DNA from: Acidobacteriota bacterium
GTDB taxonomy: Bacteria; Acidobacteriota; UBA890; WLXD01
Assembly: GCA_965248695.1 (NCBI GenBank)
Contig: CBDFKD010000002.1
Coordinates: 3,712,001 to 3,776,000, forward strand
Reading direction: 5' to 3'
DNA length: 64,000 nucleotides
Shown here: positions 28,734 to 38,638 of the stretch, one piece after another
How the letters are laid out: each line of letters opens with the position of its first letter
Position numbering within the stretch: position 1 is the first letter of the stretch
Program-made: the position numbers and the translations under genes
Notes under the pieces: model-generated
What the model was told of the DNA's origin: nothing
Seen by the model: only the letters and a program-made list of their open reading frames with translations
The model's database searches: none

Positions 28734-30898
28734 TGCGTATTGTCGGAATCTTGTTGCTGCTGGCGGTGTCCGCCGGTCCAGGGTCCGGAGGACTCGCGCA
28801 GGAGCGCGGGGACTCGACGCCGGCCGATGGGTCGATCGTCTGGCCGCCCGTGCTGCCGGCGATGGCAGAAGTGGCGGCGCTGATTCTGGAGTCCGAAGAT
28901 CGGCGCTTCGTGGCCGACGGACTTATCGAGTTGACGTCCTCGAATGATGCCGGCGTGCGGTCGCGCGCTGCCATCGCTCTCGGCCGCGTCGGGTCGCCAC
29001 GCTCGCTGTCGCGCCTCATCGAGCTCACGCGAGACTCCGAACCTGCAGTTCGTGCGGCCGCAGCCTTCGCGCTCGGACGCCTGGAGTACGACCTGGCGGT
29101 GGTTACCGAGGACGCCGAGCGTACCCGCGCTCGCGACGCGCTCTTGGCGCTGCTCGATGCACCAAACAGCCTCGCGGCGGAGCAAGCTGCGTGGGCGCTC
29201 GGCATCGTCGACGGTGGCGCCGCGACCGCGGTTGCTGACTGGTTGCAGCGTGCCGCGGGCAGCACTCCGGACACACGTCCGGACCCGGCCGTGCTGGCCG
29301 CGTTGCTCAACAGCTGGTGGCGGCTGAGCGGTGCCGATGCGACGGCCCTGCGGCCCTTCACCGGGTGGCCGGTCGTCGTCGTCCGGCTGGCTGCCGCGCA
29401 CGCGTTGAGGCGACTCAGCGATCCCAACTCACTGCCGCAGCTGCTGCCCATGCTGGATGATCCTGACGCCGAGGTGCGCCTGATGGCACTCCGTGGGCTA
29501 CGGGGCTCGCCACCACGGGTGGCGGAGCCCAATGCGATCCGCCTGTTGAGCTCGCGAGATCGACGTCTGCAGTGCGAAGCGCTGGGCTGGCTGCAGACAA
29601 CCTGGGAAGCCCAGGACGGCATCGCCGGTGACGACGCTTTCGTCGCCGTTCTGCGTCGATCGCTCGATCGGGATCTTCACGTTCGCAGTTGCGCCCTGCG
29701 CGCTCTGGGCGTGACGGTTTCGCGTCGCGGCGTCGCTTCCGATCGTCTGCTCGAGGCTTTGGATGAGGAAGAAGAGGGCGTTCGAATCGCGGCGATCCAG
29801 GGCCTAGTGGGGGCGGACAGCAAGTTGCTCCATGAGGCCGTCGCGCGCGAACGTCGGCGTGCCGGAATAGGGGACGCCGTCGATGTGGGAGCGACGCTGC
29901 TGGAGTACTTGGACGAGGCGCGGCTCGAGGCTGTCTGGTTCGCGCGTGCCCTGTCGCGCTCCGGGAAACCGGAGGATCAATCGCTTGCGGCCGCCCTGTT
30001 GCGCGCCGGCCCCCGCCCGGTGCGGGTCGCGCTGCTCGCCGAGCTCGAGCAGCGGGCGCCGGAGGACGCCTATCAACTGGCGTTCAACCTGGTTGACGGC
30101 GACCTCGAGGCGGAAGCCCTCGACGTGATCGCTCGCCACTATGACCCGTCATGGTTCGACGACGATCCGGAGCTGCAGACCGGACTAGCGGATCGACTCT
30201 GGCGACGCTACTTCGACCCGCGCGGCTCGGAGAGTCGGGGGCTACGGCTTGCTGCCCTACGCGCGCTTGCCGCGGTCAGTCGCGAGATCGTCGTACGACG
30301 CTTGTCGGTCATTCGTGATGAGCCAGATCGCTTCGTTCGATTCGCGGCGTTCGACGATCTGGGCAGTCTGCCGCAGGTGGAACGGGTGCTCTGCGACCTC
30401 GAGGCGTTGCTGGCACCGCACGCCGCGGGTCGCGATCGCGGTGGCTACGTCGAGCTCGCGAAACGCGTGTTCGACCTCCAGTCGCAGACGCCACGGCTGC
30501 ACCTTCAGACCGATCGCGGAGATGTAGTGATCGAGTTGCACGCCGATTGGGCGCCGCTCAGCGTCGTGCAACTCATCGACCTGGTGGCGTCGGGGTTCTT
30601 CGACGAAAGTAGATTCCACCGGGTCATCGCCGGGTTTGTCACCCAGGGTGGCGCCGCGGCCGACGGATCGTTGGCCCCGGCGTTGCGCAACGAGGACAGC
30701 CCCGTCGGCTATGTGCGCGGCAGTGTCGGGTTGGCACACCGCGGTCGCGATAGCGGACGATCACAGTTCTTCATTACGCACGCCGCCCAGCCTCACTTGA
30801 CCGGGGAATACTCGATGATCGGTCAGGTAGTCGATGGTCAGCGCGACGTCGAGCTCATCCAGCCAGGCGATCGCATGCGGGCGCGGATCGAACCATGA
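28733..30898 (+). CDS. Secreted HEAT-repeat protein with C-terminal cyclophilin PPIase domain
   Basis: Signal peptide, repeated VR..AA.ALG units, then FHRVIAGFVTQGG, GSVGLAHRGRDSGRSQFFITH, PHL.G.Y. Confidence 0.85.
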   Translation: MRIVGILLLLAVSAGPGSGGLAQERGDSTPADGSIVWPPVLPAMAEVAALILESEDRRFVADGLIELTSSNDAGVRSRAAIALGRVGSPRSLSRLIELTRDSEPAVRAAAAFALGRLEYDLAVVTEDAERTRARDALLALLDAPNSLAAEQAAWALGIVDGGAATAVADWLQRAAGSTPDTRPDPAVLAALLNSWWRLSGADATALRPFTGWPVVVVRLAAAHALRRLSDPNSLPQLLPMLDDPDAEVRLMALRGLRGSPPRVAEPNAIRLLSSRDRRLQCEALGWLQTTWEAQDGIAGDDAFVAVLRRSLDRDLHVRSCALRALGVTVSRRGVASDRLLEALDEEEEGVRIAAIQGLVGADSKLLHEAVARERRRAGIGDAVDVGATLLEYLDEARLEAVWFARALSRSGKPEDQSLAAALLRAGPRPVRVALLAELEQRAPEDAYQLAFNLVDGDLEAEALDVIARHYDPSWFDDDPELQTGLADRLWRRYFDPRGSESRGLRLAALRALAAVSREIVVRRLSVIRDEPDRFVRFAAFDDLGSLPQVERVLCDLEALLAPHAAGRDRGGYVELAKRVFDLQSQTPRLHLQTDRGDVVIELHADWAPLSVVQLIDLVASGFFDESRFHRVIAGFVTQGGAAADGSLAPALRNEDSPVGYVRGSVGLAHRGRDSGRSQFFITHAAQPHLTGEYSMIGQVVDGQRDVELIQPGDRMRARIEP

Positions 30899-30911
30899 TG
30901 GTGACCCGCGC

Positions 30912-31556
30912 ATGATCGCCGAGCCCATGACGACGCTCACCGACTACCTGCTGGCGTTGCTGGCGGCGTGGTTGGGCGTACGGTTGCTGCGTCCGTGGGC
31001 GGCCGCTCGACCGCGAGCACGCACGTTGCTCGCAGCGAGTTTCGCGACGATAGCGCTTGCAGCGGTGGTGGGTGGCACCTCGCACGGTTTCCGGCCGTTC
31101 CTCGGGGATGGAGCCAACGCAGCACTTTGGAAGGTGACCGTCCTGTCGGTGGGTGCCACCGCCTGCCTGTTCGTCGCCGCCAGCGCCTACGCTTCCCTGA
31201 GTACCCGCCCGCGCCGGATCCTGCTCGGCATCGTGATCGCACAGCTGATCGTCTACACGACCTGGATGATGCGCCACGATGAGTTCTTCTGGGTCATCGT
31301 CAACTACGTACCCCAGATGGTTGTCGTGCTCGTCTTGCAATGCGTGCAGATACGTCGAGGCGCGCCGGGCGCCGGCTGGCTCGTAGCAGGCCTGCTGGTG
31401 ACGCTCGGAAGCGCTGCGATCCAGGCCAGCGGCTTCACGCTCCACCGGCATTTCAATCACAACGACCTGTACCATGTGGTTCAAATGGCGGGCATGATGC
31501 TGCTGTTTCGCGGCGGCCGCTCGATTCGCGATCACCCGGTCGCCGATACTTCCTAG
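30912..31556 (+). CDS. Multi-pass membrane protein (DUF6962-like)
   Basis: EPMTTLTDY, GGTSHG, FNHNDLYH, about 7 hydrophobic segments. Confidence 0.7.
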   Translation: MIAEPMTTLTDYLLALLAAWLGVRLLRPWAAARPRARTLLAASFATIALAAVVGGTSHGFRPFLGDGANAALWKVTVLSVGATACLFVAASAYASLSTRPRRILLGIVIAQLIVYTTWMMRHDEFFWVIVNYVPQMVVVLVLQCVQIRRGAPGAGWLVAGLLVTLGSAAIQASGFTLHRHFNHNDLYHVVQMAGMMLLFRGGRSIRDHPVADTS

Positions 31557-31843
31557 TGGCCTGTAACAGATGAGTCGATAGTGCCGTGGTGGCGAAATGG
31601 GGTTGGATGCAAGTCGCTCCGACGAGTCGATGTTGGTGCATCTTGGAGGAGGAGCAACAGAGCAGGCGGCCCGATTTCGCCACTGTTGCTCTGGTTGGCC
31701 TGCGGACAGATAGGCAGTTGCGGGCGAACTCGGCGTTGCGACTCGTCGACGATGCACCGCGGCAACGCCATCCTCGCCGCGCCTTGATCTCGCCCGCAAA
31801 TCCCATCTGCGGCGCTATCGATTCATCTGTTACAGACCACTAG
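31553..31843. mobile_element. Full-length MITE (family A, subtype 2)
   Basis: CTAG flanks, TIR TGGCCTGTAACAGATGA.TCGATAG; near-identical inverted copy at 49974; left CTAG contains the upstream gene's stop. Confidence 0.9.
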
Positions 31844-31851
31844 GGTGGACG

Positions 31852-32547
31852 ATGCAGATCCTCGCCGGAACAAGCGGGTTCTCCTACAAGGCATGGAAGG
31901 GGAACTTCTACCCGGAGGATCTTCCGGACACGCGGATGCTGGAGTACTACTCCAGCCGATTGCCAAGCGTGGAGATCAACAACACCTTCTATCGCATGCC
32001 GTCCGCGAAGATGATGGCGAAGTGGTTGAGCGTGGTGCCGGAGGAGTTCCGCTTCGTGCTCAAGGCGACGCGTCGCATCTCGCACTTCGCCAGGTTGCGA
32101 GCCGACGACGAATTGCTCGAGTACCTCTTCGGCATCACCGCCGAGCTCGGCGATCGGTTGGGCGCCCACCTCGTCCAGCTGCCGCCGTATGCGAAGAAGG
32201 ATGTGGAAGCGCTGCGCGGGCTATTGGAACGCGTACCTGAGGGCAACCGTGTGGCCTTCGAGTTCCGTAACGAGTCGTGGTTCGATGACGAGGTCTACGA
32301 GGCGCTGCGTTCGTTCGACGCGGCCCTGGTGATTGCCGATGGAGGAAAAGTAGAGGTGCCGCTGGTGTCCACGGCGAGTTGGGGGTACCTACGGCTGCGG
32401 CGCGATGACTACGACGACGATGCTCTGCGCCAGTGGCACGATCACATCGTCTCGCAGCCCTGGAAGGACGCCTTCGTCTTCTTCAAGCACGAGGACGACG
32501 GCGGCGGCCCGCGCATGGCGCGAGCGATGCTGGAGTCCGATTCGTAG
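31852..32547 (+). CDS. DUF72 (YecE-like) protein
   Basis: GTSGFSY..WKG.FYP, VEINNTFYRMP, LVQLPP, AFEFRNESW, YLRLR. Confidence 0.9.
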   Translation: MQILAGTSGFSYKAWKGNFYPEDLPDTRMLEYYSSRLPSVEINNTFYRMPSAKMMAKWLSVVPEEFRFVLKATRRISHFARLRADDELLEYLFGITAELGDRLGAHLVQLPPYAKKDVEALRGLLERVPEGNRVAFEFRNESWFDDEVYEALRSFDAALVIADGGKVEVPLVSTASWGYLRLRRDDYDDDALRQWHDHIVSQPWKDAFVFFKHEDDGGGPRMARAMLESDS

Positions 32548-32565
32548 CTTCCCGCTACGAGGCGG

Positions 32566-33249
32566 CTATGCGGGTGGACGCACCAGCGGCACGAAGCGCA
32601 CCGGGATCACGCGGCGGCGGACCACTCGTCCCGACGGGCCCTTGTCGAGGTGCACGAGCTCCTGCGCCGCGTCGACCGCCCCAACGGGCGCTACCAGGTT
32701 CCCCGACTCCACCTGTTCGATCAGTGCTTCGGGGAGCACGGTGGGCGCCGCAGTCACGATCAAGCCGTCGAAGGGAGCGTGCTCGGGCCAGCCGAGTGCG
32801 CCGTCGCCGATGCGCTGGTGTACGTTCCGGTAGCCGAGCCGCATGAGATTGTCCGATGCCCGTTCGGCCAGCTCGGCGATGATCTCGATGGTGTAGACCT
32901 CGCAGCCAAGCTCGGCGAGCACTGCGGTCTGGTAGCCGCTACCGGTGCCGATCTCGAGAATACGGTCGCCTTGCGTCGCGCCCAGCAACTCTGTCATCAG
33001 GGCGACGATGAAAGGCTGCGAGATCGTTTGCCGGCGACCGATCGGCAACGGGAAGTTTCCATAGGCCTCGTTGGCGAGCGCTGCCGGTACGAACTCGTGC
33101 CGTGGGACGCGAGCCAGGGCATCGAGCACTCGAGCGTCCTCGATGCCCTCTGTGCGCAGCGTTTCGACGAGACGGTCACGAGCGCGCTTGAAGTCGACCT
33201 CCGGGGGTGGGTCCAAGACTCCATCGATCATAGTCGCCGTGGCGAGCAT
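32566..33249 (-). CDS. pcm: Protein-L-isoaspartate O-methyltransferase; start uncertain
   Basis: VPRHEFVP, QTISQP, LEIGTGSGYQTA, GDGALGWPEHAPFD, RFVPL. Confidence 0.92.
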   Translation of the reverse strand: MLATATMIDGVLDPPPEVDFKRARDRLVETLRTEGIEDARVLDALARVPRHEFVPAALANEAYGNFPLPIGRRQTISQPFIVALMTELLGATQGDRILEIGTGSGYQTAVLAELGCEVYTIEIIAELAERASDNLMRLGYRNVHQRIGDGALGWPEHAPFDGLIVTAAPTVLPEALIEQVESGNLVAPVGAVDAAQELVHLDKGPSGRVVRRRVIPVRFVPLVRPPA

Positions 33250-33317
33250 AATTGGCGTCGAGAGGACTCCCGACGCCGCTCGACGACTACTCATCCCCGA
33301 TAACACGGAGCGTGCCG

Positions 33318-33881
33318 ATGGTCACTGGATCCCGCTTGCTCGTCCTGGCGTTGATCGCATCGCCTCTGCTTGTGCTGCACGCGGAGCTCGCGAGTCGCCG
33401 GCAAGAATCGGCCGCTGTGGCGCAGCTCAGGCAGGAGATCGGGAACTTGCGCTTTCGCCTCGACTACGAGACCAACCGCGTGCAGCGGCTGATCGACGAC
33501 CTGCAGCGGCAAGTGCGTCAGAACGACCTGCGGCCGCCCCGCAGCGCGCCGCTGCCGACCTTGACGCAGGCTCCGATGCCGGCGGCCACGAGCTCTGCGA
33601 GCGATCGCCGGCTTCGCGTCGACGACGATGACGGTCGTCCGCGTGCGGCGCTGACGGTGAGCGAGCGGTTCGGTCCGATGATTGCGCTGATGGGCCCGTC
33701 CGGTGATGTCGAAGCCATGCTGAGCGTCCCGTCTGTGGGGCCCCGTCTGGAGCTCTTCGATCGGTCCGGACGCACCCGGATCGTGTTGGGCCTGGAGAAC
33801 GGGGCGCCGCAGCTCCGTCTGCTGGCCGAGGACGGCTCGATCGTGGAGCGTCTCGGTGCGCCGAGCTCCGAGGACAAGTAA
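33318..33881 (+). CDS. Hypothetical membrane-anchored protein (coiled coil plus beta-repeat C-terminus)
   Basis: GGAG RBS, N-terminal TM segment, repeated L.D..G..R motifs. Confidence 0.6.
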   Translation: MVTGSRLLVLALIASPLLVLHAELASRRQESAAVAQLRQEIGNLRFRLDYETNRVQRLIDDLQRQVRQNDLRPPRSAPLPTLTQAPMPAATSSASDRRLRVDDDDGRPRAALTVSERFGPMIALMGPSGDVEAMLSVPSVGPRLELFDRSGRTRIVLGLENGAPQLRLLAEDGSIVERLGAPSSEDK

Positions 33882-34118
33882 CCGACGCCCCGTCGGGGGC
33901 AAACCTCGGACTGAGCCGTCCGCCGGTCGCCACCCGGTCTCAACACAAGGCTGCAGGACCTCGGCTCCGTGCGACAATGGCCGCTTCATCCATCCGGCAG
34001 GTCGATCATGACTGAGACGAACACGAGTCCGGCGCCCCCTTCGCTCGGTCGCCGTTCGTCAGCGGACCGTTGCAAGCACAGGTTCTGACCAGAAACGGGA
34101 CTGCTGGACGCAGTCGGG

Positions 34119-35660
34119 TTGGAGGGCGCCGCGATGGGCTACATATTGCGCTTGTTGTTGCGTCCGCTGGCGACCGTCATGATGGGCGCAGGGGCGGCGT
34201 TTCTGGTACGCGATCTCTTCCTCAACCCTGCTGCCGTGGGGTTTGTCCGCATCGGCACGCTGGTGCTCATCGGCGCGGTCACGATCCTGCTCTTCGCCGC
34301 TGGGGAAATCTCGCTACGCCGGTTGCGGGCCCTGGAGATCGTGCTGTTCGTGGTCATGAGCGCGCACATTCTTGTCCTGGATCATGGCCTGCTATTGCAA
34401 GAAGCAGCCGCCGGTGACGCCGGCCTGGTGCTGTCGCGCTGGAACTTGACGGCGCTCTCCTTCGTGCTCCTGATGGCAACATACGCGATCTTTGTGCCCA
34501 ACACCTGGGTGCGTGCCGCCGCCGTCATCTTGCCGCTAGCAGCGGCGCCGATCGCGCTCGGGCTGCTGGTTCGCGCCCGACACCCGGAAGTGGAGTCGTT
34601 GACCCGGTCGGTGTTGACCGCTTCCAAGGTCACCGACGTCGTGTTCCTGCTCTCGACCGCCGCCATCATCGCCCTGCTGGGTGTGCTGCTGATCGATCGC
34701 TTTCGAACCGTGGCGCTCGATGCACGGTCGTCGAATTTCTATGATCTACAGGAGCGCATCGGCGAGGGCGGCATGGGTGAGGTTTGGTTGGCGCGACACC
34801 AGACGCTCGCCCGTCCGGCGGCGATCAAGATCATCCGTCCCGAGCTCCTGGGCAACGGCGACAAGGGATCGACCAATATGGCGACTCGCCGGTTCGAGCG
34901 CGAGGCGCGGGCGACAGCGGCGCTTCGATCCCCGAACACGGTAGAGATCTACGACTTCGGTGTCACCAACGAAGGTGTCTTTTACTACGTCATGGAGTAT
35001 CTCGAGGGCCTGGATCTGGAGACGTTGGTCAAGCGCTTCGGCCCGCTCCCACCAGCGCGCGCTATCTACTTGTTGCGCCAGGCGTGTGCATCGTTGGGGG
35101 AGGCGCACGCTGGCGGCCTGGTACACCGCGACATCAAACCGGCGAACGTGTACGCCTGTCGGATGGGTGGCGAGCACGATTTCATCAAGGTGCTCGACTT
35201 CGGGCTGGTGAAGCACCAGAAGCAACAGGAAACGACGCAGTTGACCGTCGACGGGCTGACCACCGGTACCCCTGCCTACATGCCACCGGAGCTGGCGATG
35301 CAGGCCGATCTCGTCGGGCCCGGCACGGATGTCTACGCCCTGGGATGTGTCGCCTACTGGCTTGTGACCGGCAAGTTCGTCTTCGATCAGCCGACCCCGA
35401 TGGCGATGGTGGTCGACCACGTGAAGTCACAGCCGCTACCGCCTTCATCCCGCACCGAGCTCGAGATCCCCGTGGCGCTCGACGAGGTGATCCTGAAGTG
35501 CCTGGAGAAGGACCCGTCCGACAGGTTCGCCAGCATGCGTGAGCTGTCGAAGGCCCTGTCGCGGGTACCGGTCGAAATGGGCTGGGGGCCTGCCGAGGCG
35601 GAGGACTGGTGGTCCTTGCACCAGCCCGAGGGATCGAAGGAGCTGCCGAAGGCGTCGTAA
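34119..35660 (+). CDS. Hanks-type Ser/Thr protein kinase with N-terminal TM helices; 5' end uncertain
   Basis: GEGGMGEV, AIK, HRDIKPAN, DFG, GTPAYMPPE, DVYALG. Confidence 0.92.
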   Translation: MEGAAMGYILRLLLRPLATVMMGAGAAFLVRDLFLNPAAVGFVRIGTLVLIGAVTILLFAAGEISLRRLRALEIVLFVVMSAHILVLDHGLLLQEAAAGDAGLVLSRWNLTALSFVLLMATYAIFVPNTWVRAAAVILPLAAAPIALGLLVRARHPEVESLTRSVLTASKVTDVVFLLSTAAIIALLGVLLIDRFRTVALDARSSNFYDLQERIGEGGMGEVWLARHQTLARPAAIKIIRPELLGNGDKGSTNMATRRFEREARATAALRSPNTVEIYDFGVTNEGVFYYVMEYLEGLDLETLVKRFGPLPPARAIYLLRQACASLGEAHAGGLVHRDIKPANVYACRMGGEHDFIKVLDFGLVKHQKQQETTQLTVDGLTTGTPAYMPPELAMQADLVGPGTDVYALGCVAYWLVTGKFVFDQPTPMAMVVDHVKSQPLPPSSRTELEIPVALDEVILKCLEKDPSDRFASMRELSKALSRVPVEMGWGPAEAEDWWSLHQPEGSKELPKAS

Positions 35661-35719
35661 ACGGGGCCCGGCGGCACGGCCTCGTGACGGAGGTGCCGCG
35701 GCTCTGGAACACCGGCGGC

Positions 35720-36372
35720 CTATGCCGCTTGGACCAATCCTGGCGCCGGCTGTGGATCGCGGCACACTGCCGCGACCGGCGCTGTCTGGTCATCCGCCGC
35801 CGCGATTCCGAGCCGCTGCACCGGATCGAAGCGAACCCGCAGGTCGCCGGCGAGCCATGCGAAATGGTGCAGGAACACCATCCACAATAGCGTCATGCCG
35901 AACATCTCGGTGCATTCCTCGATCGATTTCGAGAAGTGCAGCAGCATGTCGTAGGGGCTGGTGCCGAAAGTGCGAGCAGCCCACATCTCCAGGTGCCAGC
36001 GCTGCGCGATCGCCGCGTAGGGGTTGAGCGCATGTGTCGGCGCCAGCCCCTCGAAGAAGTCGAGTGCCACCGCAGTGGCCAGGCAGCTGAGGGCGACGAA
36101 AACCGCTGCCTTCGGCTTCCAACCACGGAGCTGCTTGAGCAGAAAGCCGAACATGAAGAAGCCCATAGCCGCGAAGATCGGCATGAAGACAATCTGCCAG
36201 CGATAGCTCGGGAACATCTCCAGCGTCCATGCGCCGAACGCGAATCCGTCGCCGGTCTGGTGATAGGCAGTACCGAGGCGTTCGTGGATGTGCGCCCCGT
36301 CGTCGAGCGCCAGATAACAGAAGAACAGCGTCAACACCTGCCACCCCAGCGTCTGCCAACGGGTAGCGGTCT
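35720..36372 (-). pseudogene. 5'-truncated membrane protein cut by IS3
   Basis: Frame stays open up to the IS end (TATRWQTLGWQVLTLFFCYLALDDGAHIHE...EECTEMFG); no start region before the IS. Confidence 0.7.
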
Positions 36373-36406
36373 TGACCTGACCCCGCGGTTAGTACCATGT
36401 CTTATC

Positions 36407-37300
36407 TCAGTAACTCGGTGCTGACAAGAGGTTGTTGAGGCCGGCGAAGCGGAGCGCAGCCGGCTTCAACAACGTCGCTTCGGGTGCGGGCGGCCGATAG
36501 CTCAGCGAGCTGTGCGGTCGCATGCGGTTGTAGTGCTGACGCCATCTCTCGATCAGAACCTTTGCCTCCTTGAGCGTGTAGAAGATCTCTCCATCCAGCA
36601 GCTCGTCGCGTAGCTTGCCGTTGAAGCTCTCCACGTAACCGTTCTCCCACGGCGAGCCCGGCTCGATGAACAGCGTCCCCACGCCCAACCGGCCCAGCCA
36701 GTCGCGAACCGCCTCGGCGGTGAACTCTGGTCCGTTATCCGACCGGATGTGCTCAGGTATGCCCCGGTGTACGAACAACCTCCCGAGCTGCTCCAGCACG
36801 TCCTCAGAGTTGAGCTTCCGTGCTACATGGATCGCCAGGCTTTCTCGTGTGTACTCATCGACGATCGTCAGCAGCCTCATAGCCCGACCGTCGTGCGTCC
36901 GGTGGTGCAGGAAGTCATACGCCCAGACATGATCCCGGTGCTGTGGGCGCAGCCGGATGCAGGAGCCATCGCTCAGCCACAGCCGTGCTCGTTTGGGCTG
37001 TTTTCTCGGTACTTTCAGCCCTTCGCGCCGCCAGATACGCTGCACTCGTTTGTGGTTCACGGACCAGCCCTCCATGCGCAGCAACGCTGTCACCCTCCGA
37101 TATCCGTAGCGCCCGTACTGTCGGGCTAAATCCACGATCCGCTCCGTCAAAATCTGCTCCTGTTGCGGCTCTCTTGGCACGTACCGGTGTGTCGTGCGTG
37201 GTTGTTTCAGTACCCGACACGCCCGCCTCTCCGAGACGCCCAGCCGCCCCCGTACATGTGCCACCGCCTCTCGCCGCCGAGCTGGGCTCAGAAGTTTCCC
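36407..37300 (-). CDS. IS3 transposase OrfB (DDE integrase core), reached by -1 frameshift
   Basis: RYGYRR, VWAYDF, IRSDNGPEF, PWENGYVESFNG, YNRMRPHSSL. Confidence 0.92.
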   Translation of the reverse strand, partial: GKLLSPARRREAVAHVRGRLGVSERRACRVLKQPRTTHRYVPREPQQEQILTERIVDLARQYGRYGYRRVTALLRMEGWSVNHKRVQRIWRREGLKVPRKQPKRARLWLSDGSCIRLRPQHRDHVWAYDFLHHRTHDGRAMRLLTIVDEYTRESLAIHVARKLNSEDVLEQLGRLFVHRGIPEHIRSDNGPEFTAEAVRDWLGRLGVGTLFIEPGSPWENGYVESFNGKLRDELLDGEIFYTLKEAKVLIERWRQHYNRMRPHSSLSYRPPAPEATLLKPAALRFAGLNNLLSAPSY

Positions 37301-37566
37301 TCCGCCACTTCCTTCAGGATCGACAGGTCGAGTTCCTTTTCCGCCACCAGCCTCTTGAGCCGGGCATTCTCCTTCTCCAGTTGCTTGAGCTTTCTGGCCT
37401 GGTTGAGCTTCAGTCCGCCGTACTCTCGCCGCCACCGGTAGTAGGTGTGCTCGGTGATTGCTAGCTTGCGGCAGGCATCCTTGACCGTCGCCCCTCGAGC
37501 CAGCTCCACCTCAGCCTCCCGGAGCTTGCGTACGATCTGCTCGGCGCTGTGCCTCTTACTCGGCAT
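37288..37566 (-). CDS. IS3 transposase OrfA (HTH)
   Basis: EQIVRKLRE, TYYRWRREYGG, LKQLEKENARLKRLVA; ends over slippery G GGA AAC (37294-37300). Confidence 0.92.
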   Translation of the reverse strand: MPSKRHSAEQIVRKLREAEVELARGATVKDACRKLAITEHTYYRWRREYGGLKLNQARKLKQLEKENARLKRLVAEKELDLSILKEVAEGNF

Positions 37567-37632
37567 TCTGACCTCCCGTTCTTGACCCAGATCGTGAGAT
37601 TACATCCGGATCCGTTTTCGGGGGTCAGGTCA

Positions 37633-38327
37633 AGCGCCGTGAGGGCGAGGCCGAGTTGTGGGGCGCCAACCGGCGCGGCCAGCGCTGCACTGGAGCCGCC
37701 TGAGCCGGAGCTGGAGCCGCCCGAGCCGGAGCTGGAGCCACCCGAGCTGGAGCCACCCGAGCTGGAGCTACCAGAGCTGGAACCACCCGAACCGGAAGCC
37801 GAGCCACCGGAACCAGAACCACCGGAACCAGAACCACTTGAACTGGACCCGCCCGAGCCTGAGCTCGAGCTGCTCGGATCGTCGCAATCACCGCTGTACT
37901 CACCGAGCACCGGCGGTAGATAGATCTCGCGGGTGTAGCTTCCGGTACCGACCGTGGTCGAGCCGCCGAAGCTGTAGTAGCCAGGCACGATCAAGTCGCT
38001 GCCGTCGAGCGTCACGTTGACGGTGTGGCCGTTGATCGTGAGGCTCGAGGAGCTCAGTGGAACCAGTGTCCACGTTTCCGGATCGACGATATCGTCGATC
38101 CAGGCGCTGTCCACCTTGAGGTCGATCAGCGTCTGCTCGATGCCGGCGTCGGCGGCGTAGAAGGCGGCCGACTTGCTCCGGTAGTTGTCCGAGATGGTCA
38201 TGTCGACCATGCCGTTGGTCATCATCGACCAGCCGATGACGCCGACGGCGGACATCGCCATCAGGGCGAAGAGCATGCCGAAGCCGTCTTCGTTGCCGAG
38301 AGACCTGAGTGTCACCTTGCACTTCAT
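37633..38327 (-). pseudogene. PilX-like pilus assembly protein, 3'-truncated by IS3
   Basis: NEDG|FGMLFALMAM prepilin-like leader, AFYAADAGIE PilX N-terminal motif; frame runs into the IS end. Confidence 0.75.
37690..37875 (-). repeat. Ser/Gly low-complexity tandem repeat in the PilX-like gene
   Basis: About 60 codons of SSSGSGG-type units. Confidence 0.85.
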
Positions 38328-38638
38328 AGTGGCTTCCCCTTTTGGAAAGCGGGAGGGGGTGCAGTAGCTCGTCTTTGGGTGATGAGAAGCGTTATAACAC
38401 CACGTAGGTGTCTTCTAAACATAGAAATAGTCAGTCTTAGCCAGTAAACAATGAATTCAAGCGCTGAGAGCAATCAGTGCCAACCGGTGCCTTCATCTGA
38501 TGCACCCCGATGGCCTCGATTGGCCGCTCCTGTCCACCCGTTCGCCAGCATCGGTCCGTATTCCTTCGTTTTGCGTCGAGGCCGGGAGCATCTGCCGGAT
38601 GAATGCGACACCCGTAGCTGCGCGCGCTGCGCGGCGGG

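Larger units (their letters stand above)
36373..37632 (-). mobile_element. IS3-family insertion sequence (IS407-like), 1260 bp
   Basis: 5'-TG...CA-3' ends with 12-bp TIR TGACCTGACCCC; orfA/orfB layout; no flanking direct repeat. Confidence 0.93.

Noticed and set aside
31553-31843. MITE as an IS110 bridge RNA or IS200/IS605 omega-RNA
   Set aside because: TIRs plus CTAG duplication point to a DDE transposase; no IS110, TnpB or IscB gene is in the window.
34008-34118. Possible longer 5' end of the Ser/Thr kinase
   Set aside because: An upstream ATG frame stops early and the join would need several indels; it cannot be supported without reads.
37294-37300. Programmed -1 frameshift as a novelty
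   Set aside because: Standard IS3-family feature; recorded under features only.
37461-37632. PilX ORF extension into the IS as a functional fusion
   Set aside because: Incidental readthrough into IS3 end sequence, out of frame with orfA.
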